64,000 nucleotides of DNA from assembly GCA_963779415.1 (NCBI GenBank), contig CAVZYA010000003.1, positions 320,001 through 384,000 on the forward strand. Reading direction: 5' to 3'. Position 1 is the first letter of the stretch. Each line of letters opens with the position of its first letter. A model generated the notes under the pieces. It ran no database searches. It saw only the letters and a list, made by a program, of their open reading frames with translations, and was not told where the DNA came from. This stretch comes from an uncultured Acidobacteriota bacterium (GTDB taxonomy: Bacteria > Acidobacteriota > Thermoanaerobaculia > UBA5066). The translations under genes were made by a program, and so were the position numbers. Below, one piece after another: positions 58,327 to 64,000 of this stretch.

Positions 58327-61300
58327 GCGGTCCGCACCCGCCGCGAGCGGGAGTGCACGGGAGGCGCGAGGCCGAGCACCTTCATCTCGTAGAGGAGCGA
58401 CTGGCGCGAGAGCTTCAGCATCCGCGCCGCGCGCGTCCGGTTCCCGTCGCACGCCGCGAGAGCGGCCTCGATCGCCCTTGTCTTCGCGTCCGCCACGGCC
58501 CTCCGGTACGACCCCCCGGGCTCCGCCGCGGACGTCGTGGCCGCGGCGCGGCGAACGGCAGCCGGAAGGTGCTCGAGGCCGATGACGGGCGACGGGGCGG
58601 CAAGGGCGCGCGCCGCCTCGAGCGCGGAGAGAAGCTCGCGGACGTTCCCGGGCCACGGATATCCGAAGACCGCCGCCCGCGCCTCGGCCGAGAGCGAGGC
58701 CTTTCCGACCGCCCCGGCCACGAGCCGCTTGAGGTCGCGGGGCCGGCGGCGGAGCGGCGGCAGCACCGCCTCCAGCCCGGTGATGCGGTAGAGAAGGTCA
58801 CGGCGGAAAGAGCCCTCCTCCGCCATCGCGCGGAGATCCCGGTGGGTCGCGGAGACGACCCGGAGATCCACCTTCCGCGTCTTCAGGTCCCCCACGCGCC
58901 GCAGCTCCTGTTCCTGCAGGACGCGAAGGAGCTTCGCCTGCAGGGGAAGGGGGAGGTCTCCGATCTCGTCGAGAAAGAGCGTTCCCCCCGACGCCTGTTC
59001 GACGAGGCCGGAGCGATCGCGGTCCGCCCCCGTGAAGGCCCCCCGCACGTGGCCGAAAAGCTCCGACTCGATGAGGCTCCCGGGCAGGGCCGCGACATTG
59101 ACCGCGACGAAAGGCCCCGATCGCCTCGAGAGGCGATGGACCTCCCGGGCGAGGAGTTCCTTTCCCGTCCCCGTCTCGCCGAGGATCAGGACCGGGAAGA
59201 CGCGTCCGGGCAACTCTCCGGATCTCGTCGACGGCTTTCTGCGTCTCCTCGTCCTCCGCCACGAACGACGGTGCCGGAGCGGGCGCTTCTTCCGGCGGGA
59301 GCGGAGAGGCGAGCGATTGGAGAGCCGCGGCGAAGAGGGAGCCGGCCGGGGCGAGACCGGCTCGCGCCGCGGCCCGACGGCCCAGGTCCAGGAGAGAGGC
59401 CGCGTCATGTCGGGCGAACGTCTCGGGGAAACGCCCCCGCCATTCGAGCAGCCGCTCGACCACTGCCGCCGCTCCCCGCCCGTCCGCGAGACGCGCTTCG
59501 AGGTTGCGGAGCGCCTCCGGTCGGGGCGCCTTCCCCTTCCGGAGATCCGCCTCCGCCGCGAGCAGGAGCCGCTCGGGAGCGTCGAGCGCGACGGACGGCG
59601 GGCCCGCTCTCGCGTCCGAGGTCTCCGCATGCCGAAGCGAGGAGACGAAGCCGGAGCGGCTCGGTCTGCTCGCGATTGTCGGGAATCTCTCCGGCCCTTT
59701 CGAGGCGCTTCAGCGCCTCCTCCGGGAATCGGCTCGAAAGGAGCCGTGCCGCTTCGAGGATCTGGATCTCACGCCAGGCGGGATGCCCGATCCCGTAGGC
59801 GCCGCGCGCCTCGGCCTCGCGAAAGACGGCCTCGGCCGCCTCCGGATCGCCGTCGAGGCGCGCAAGGCGCTGGCGCGGCGCGACCGCGAAGAGATATTGG
59901 TGCTCGCGACCGGCTTCCGATTCGTGCCGAAGGACGACGGACAGCGTCTCCCGCGCCACGTCGTACTTTCCGGACCGAAGCGCGAGGTCGATCCGGTTTC
60001 CGAGGGCCGAAAGGTAGCGCGCCTCGTCTCCGGCCTCGGCGTAGAGCGCGAGAGCGGAAGCGAGATCCTCTTCCGCACCGGAGAAGTCGCCGGCAAGAAA
60101 CGACGCCGTCGCCGCGTCGAGGAGGGCGTCGGCCCGGCTCCGCGAGTCGCTCGAGAGATTGCGCGTGCGGCGGAAAAGGGCGCGTGCCTCCATGAATCGC
60201 CCCTCGTCGAGAGCGACGAAGCCGGCGGTCTTCAGTCCCTCCCGCGCCTCCTCGGGGTCGGCTTCCGAAGACCCGGCTCCGGTCGCCTGATCGAGGAGGC
60301 GACGTGCGGTCGCGAGATCGCCGCGCCGGGAGGCGACCTCCGCGGCGAGACGGGCCCGGCGCACGCGGACCGCAGAACAGACACCGGGAGAGAGCTCCTC
60401 CGTCTTCCCGAGAAGTCCGGCGGCCTCGTCGTTCTTCCGGAGATCGAGGAGAACCTGCACGCGTGCGAGCCGCTCCTCGGCCGTCGTGCCGCACACGAGG
60501 GCGAGGGCGGCCTCTTCTTCTCCGAGGCGCGCGAGGCGCCGGGCCAGGCCGCTTCGCTCCCCGAGCGGCGCTTCTCGGGACCGGTCCGACACGAGGCGTC
60601 GTGCGGCGGCGCGAGCCTCGGCACGGCGGCCGCCTTCCGAAAGTACGCGCACGGCCAGATCCGGCCGCCCGAGGTCGGGATCGCCTGGCGGAGCGCGAAG
60701 AAGGAGGTCGAGGGCCAGCGAGAGGCTCTCTTTCTCCGCCGCCTCCGCGAAGAGCGCCCGGGCCCGCCGAACGTCCCGCGTCTCCGCACGCGAGAGGGCG
60801 GCCACGGCGATCCGTTCGGCCCCGGCTCCCTCTGCCTCAAGCCGCTCCACGATGCTCCTCCGCACCGGAAGCGACAGGGACGCGGCCCGCGCCGCGCGGG
60901 CCTTCTCCGACACGAAGCTCCAGCCGCCGCATCGCGCCGGAGCGATCAGGACGCCGTCACATCCCCGGTCGATCGCCCGGACGGCCTCCTCGAGCGGCAC
61001 GCCTGCGGCGACCGAGAGCTCCTCGGCCGTGAAGCCGGAGGCGAGGAGAGCCGCCGCACCGAGAAGCGGCCCGGCCGCCGCACGGGGCCGCTTCGGCCGC
61101 GGCTTCCCGGACGGCCCTCCTCCCTTCGGGTCGAACCGCTCCGCGACGCTCCGGACGACGCGGAGGAACCGCGCCGGCTCCTCCGCGGACGCGTCCGCCA
61201 CCGCATCCCACGACTCCTCCGCCTCGGACCAGCTCCGGAACGGGAGCCAGAGGAGCGAGGCGACGTCGCCCGCCGAGAGGCTCGCCACGAGCGGAATCCG

Positions 61301-62323
61301 CGCCTCCCACGGGCGCGGGACACTCCCCCGCGTCTCGAAAACGACGAACCCGGCCTCGCCGAGGGAGCCTTCCACGGCCCGCCGCGAACGCGCGTCCCAC
61401 GACTCTGCCGAAAGCGCGATGACCGCCACGGGGGGCCCTTCCGGCCATCTTCCGGGCTCCCTGCCGTCGGCGAGAAAGCCGAGGGCGCCCGCACGCGGAT
61501 CGCCCGAAAGAGAACGGGCGAGCCGGCGAAGCGAGCCGCCTTCCTCGAGACGGTCGGCAGGTGCGATCTCGACGAATCCTCCTCCCGATCGTCGTGAGGC
61601 TCCCCGGACGACGAAGAGAGCACCGTCTCCGCTGGCGGCTCGGACCACCGCAGGAACTCCCCCCGGGGGACCCTCCGAGACGCACGGATACGCGAGGCCG
61701 AGCAGCTCGGGGCCCGACGGAGCCGCCTCGCTCGCATGTCGGGAAAGGGCCGGGATGAGAGCCTCCACGACACCCCCGGTCGCGTGGAGCTGCAGCGCTT
61801 CGGCCACGATGGATGTCGTCTCCGGTCGAAGACGGCCGGACTCCAGCGCCTCCTCCACCGATCGGCGGAGCCTCTCGGCGCCAGGTCCCTCGGCCGAGCC
61901 GCCCGCGAGCCTCACGGCCACCGCGCCGACGAGGAGCGCCGGCGGAGCGGCGCGCCATTCCGGAACCGGTGCCGCCCCGAGCGAAGGCCGGACCTGGCTC
62001 GCCGGCGAGAATCCGATCCTCGCGACGTCCTCCCAGGCGACGCCGAGACCGTGGAACTTCAGAAACGCCGCGAGCGCCGAGAACCTCGCGAGGAATCCCG
62101 CGAAAAGATGCCGGTCCGGGACGGGGGAGAGTGCCCGGGGAGCCGCCGGCTCGGGCTTCAGGAGGAGGCCGTCTTCCACCGGAATCGCCGCCGTGAACCC
62201 GGGCAGAAGCGGATGAGAGAGCATCGTCAGCCGCCCGCCGCCGACGGCGAGATCTGCGCGGCGAAGAAGCCACCGCCCACCGCGCCGGGCGCGCTCGGAG
62301 GAAACCGATCGCGTCTCAGCCAT
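58323..62323 (-). CDS. ~1330-aa sigma-54-dependent activator (bEBP) with a large degenerate N-terminal region and TPRs (two +1 frameshifts near 59600 and 59193)
   Basis: C-terminal [47 protein letters not shown] and a Fis HTH ([17 protein letters not shown]). Removing two bases gives 1333 codons from ATG 62323. Confidence 0.82.
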
Positions 62324-62370
62324 GGCTCGCGAGATGTCTGTCGGACGATTTCGCAGTGGGGCCGCCCGCG

Positions 62371-63660
62371 TCAAGTGTGCTGAAGGAGGCTCTGGAGATC
62401 GCGGAAGAACTCCGGGTACGACTTGCCGACCGCCGAGGGGTCGTCGAGGGTCGATCCGGCGGGGAGGCCGAGCGCGAGGACGGCCGCCGCCATCGCGACG
62501 CGGTGGTCGCCGTGGGCTGCGAAGGCCGCCGCGCGGGGCATCCCGGCACGCCCCTCGATGACGAGACGAGCCTCCTTCCCGTTCCCTTCGACGCGCGCGA
62601 CCGCCCCGGCCCGGCCGAGGAGATCGACCGCGGCCGCGAGGCGATCCGACTCCTTTTCCCTCAGGCGGGCCGCTCCCGCGAGAACCGACGTTCCCCCGGC
62701 AAAGGCCAGGAGGGCGGCGAGAGGAAGAGCGGCGTCCGGCGCCGCGTCGACGTCGACCGAGAGCGGACGAACGCCGGCGAGACCCGAGAGATGTCTCGCG
62801 TCGACCGTCAGCCCGTCGCTCTCCCCTTCCCCGGCCCACGAGAGCCTCCCCCCCGCGCGCTCCGCCCATTCGCGAAAGACGGCATCGGGCTGATCGGAAT
62901 TTCGCGAGAGCCCGAGAATCGTCACCCGTCCGTGCGACAGGAGAGCCCCGGCCATCGGAAAGCAGGCCGCCGAGTCGTCGCCCGGTATCGTGATGCGCGC
63001 GGGGCGAAAGCCCCCGCCCGGCCGCGCTCCGAAGGCGTCGAGGACGGCCTGCGTCAGGTTCAGGTAGGCCGCAGACGAGACGTGCCCTTCGATCCCGATT
63101 TCGATTCCCCCCGGGACGAGCGGGGAGACGAGCCTCAGCGCCGAGAGGTACTGCGAGGAGACGTCGCCCCGGATCCGGACGCGGCCTCCCCGAAGAGTGC
63201 CTCCGCGGATCGCAGCGGGAAGAAACCCCTCCCGTGAAAGGCACGTCACCTCTCCACCCAGGTCCCGGATGGCCTCGAACAGGAGAGCCATCGGCCGCTC
63301 CCGCATCCGGGCGCTGCCGTCGAGAACGTATCGCCCCGGCACCGCGGCGAGGAGGGGCGCCAGAAACCGCGCCGGCGTGCCGGCATCCCCCACGTCGATC
63401 GTCAGCTCTCTCTCCGAGAAGCCGCGGGGACGGAGCGGCCCGCGCACCCGCCAGATCCCGCCCTCGAAGAAGATCTCCGCGGCGAGCAATCGAAGCGCCG
63501 CCGCAAGCGCCCGGGTATCCGACGAGTCGAGGGGATCGAGGAGCGTGCTCTCGCCTTCCGCGCACGCGGCCGCGAGGAGGGCACGGTTCGTGACGCTCTT
63601 GCTCCCGGGAACGCGAAGAGTCCCGTCGAGCCGGCCGGCGGCGAGCGGGTGCGGCGTCAT
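62371..63660 (-). CDS. aroA: EPSP synthase
   Basis: PGSKSVTNRAL, DAGTPARF, RERP, SSQY, EKESDR, DHRVAMA and KSYPEF motifs. Confidence 0.95.
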   Translation of the reverse strand: MTPHPLAAGRLDGTLRVPGSKSVTNRALLAAACAEGESTLLDPLDSSDTRALAAALRLLAAEIFFEGGIWRVRGPLRPRGFSERELTIDVGDAGTPARFLAPLLAAVPGRYVLDGSARMRERPMALLFEAIRDLGGEVTCLSREGFLPAAIRGGTLRGGRVRIRGDVSSQYLSALRLVSPLVPGGIEIGIEGHVSSAAYLNLTQAVLDAFGARPGGGFRPARITIPGDDSAACFPMAGALLSHGRVTILGLSRNSDQPDAVFREWAERAGGRLSWAGEGESDGLTVDARHLSGLAGVRPLSVDVDAAPDAALPLAALLAFAGGTSVLAGAARLREKESDRLAAAVDLLGRAGAVARVEGNGKEARLVIEGRAGMPRAAAFAAHGDHRVAMAAAVLALGLPAGSTLDDPSAVGKSYPEFFRDLQSLLQHT

Positions 63661-64000
63661 GCGAAGCCGAGATCGCGTTTCACGGCGCGTGCCGCGGTCG
63701 GCTCCACGACGACTCTCAGATTCCCCGACGCATCGATCTCGGCGTGCTTCCGTTCCTCCAGCCACGCCGGAAGGACGTGCGTCACGCCGCTCGCGGCTTC
63801 GAGCAGCCGCTCCACGTGAAAGTGCCCCACGAGCAGCCGGTCGTAACCGGCGCTCCTGGCCCGCCGCCCTTCGGCCAAAAGCTCCGCCTCCGGGAGCTTC
63901 GTCTTGTGCTTGAAGTTCGTCCGGTAGAGCCTTTCTTCGGTCTTCTTCACGATCGTGCGCGCCATCGGGCCGGGAATCAGCCTCAGCGCCCCGCGGGCGA
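63657..64000 (-). CDS. metallophosphoesterase C-terminus, LpxH (UDP-2,3-diacylglucosamine hydrolase)-like; 5' end outside the window
   Basis: LLVGHFH motif followed by VLPAW; stop overlaps the aroA start. Only the last ~114 codons are visible. Confidence 0.6.
   Translation of the reverse strand, partial: ARGALRLIPGPMARTIVKKTEERLYRTNFKHKTKLPEAELLAEGRRARSAGYDRLLVGHFHVERLLEAASGVTHVLPAWLEERKHAEIDASGNLRVVVEPTAARAVKRDLGFA

Overview
GC-rich (roughly 70% by eye) bacterial chromosomal window, densely coding and mostly core genome. Gene style (kinase-TolB-TPR protein, exosortase H, TMTC-like protein, Kdo/LPS genes) suggests a diderm such as Acidobacteriota/Thermoanaerobaculia; this taxonomy is inference only. 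In order it holds: the yceD-rpmF-plsX-fabH-fabD-fabG-acpP-fabF cluster (-); three GT4 glycosyltransferases plus a WcaJ-like priming transferase; pgpA-manC-MoxR-DUF58-transglutaminase (-); recA, a 992-aa secreted hypothetical with an outer-membrane-like C-terminus, purH, lolA, yajQ and a polyprenyl synthase; kdsB-pyrG-kdsA ... kdsD ... kdsC with a Ser/Thr kinase, a degenerate ABC ATPase, a TPR protein and an Aur1/PAP2 enzyme inserted; an atypical EF-P; tatA/B-tatC; an S41 protease; exosortase H with its partner and an Ig-repeat protein; HDAC; a eukaryote-type citrate synthase; two Lon paralogues; nrdR; hsp20; thiL; a TMTC-like glycosyltransferase; a ~1330-aa sigma-54 activator; aroA; and an lpxH-like 3' end. 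Eight genes, including fabD and pyrG, carry 1-2 nt frameshifts best explained as sequencing or assembly indels. I saw no rRNA, tRNA, CRISPR array or transposase. Most notable signals: a -10 hexamer 5-9 nt before the start codon of about 12 genes (leaderless transcription), an EF-P paralogue with both functional loops rewritten, the GH-like/LolA-like/beta-barrel fusion after recA, and several catalytically degenerate proteins.
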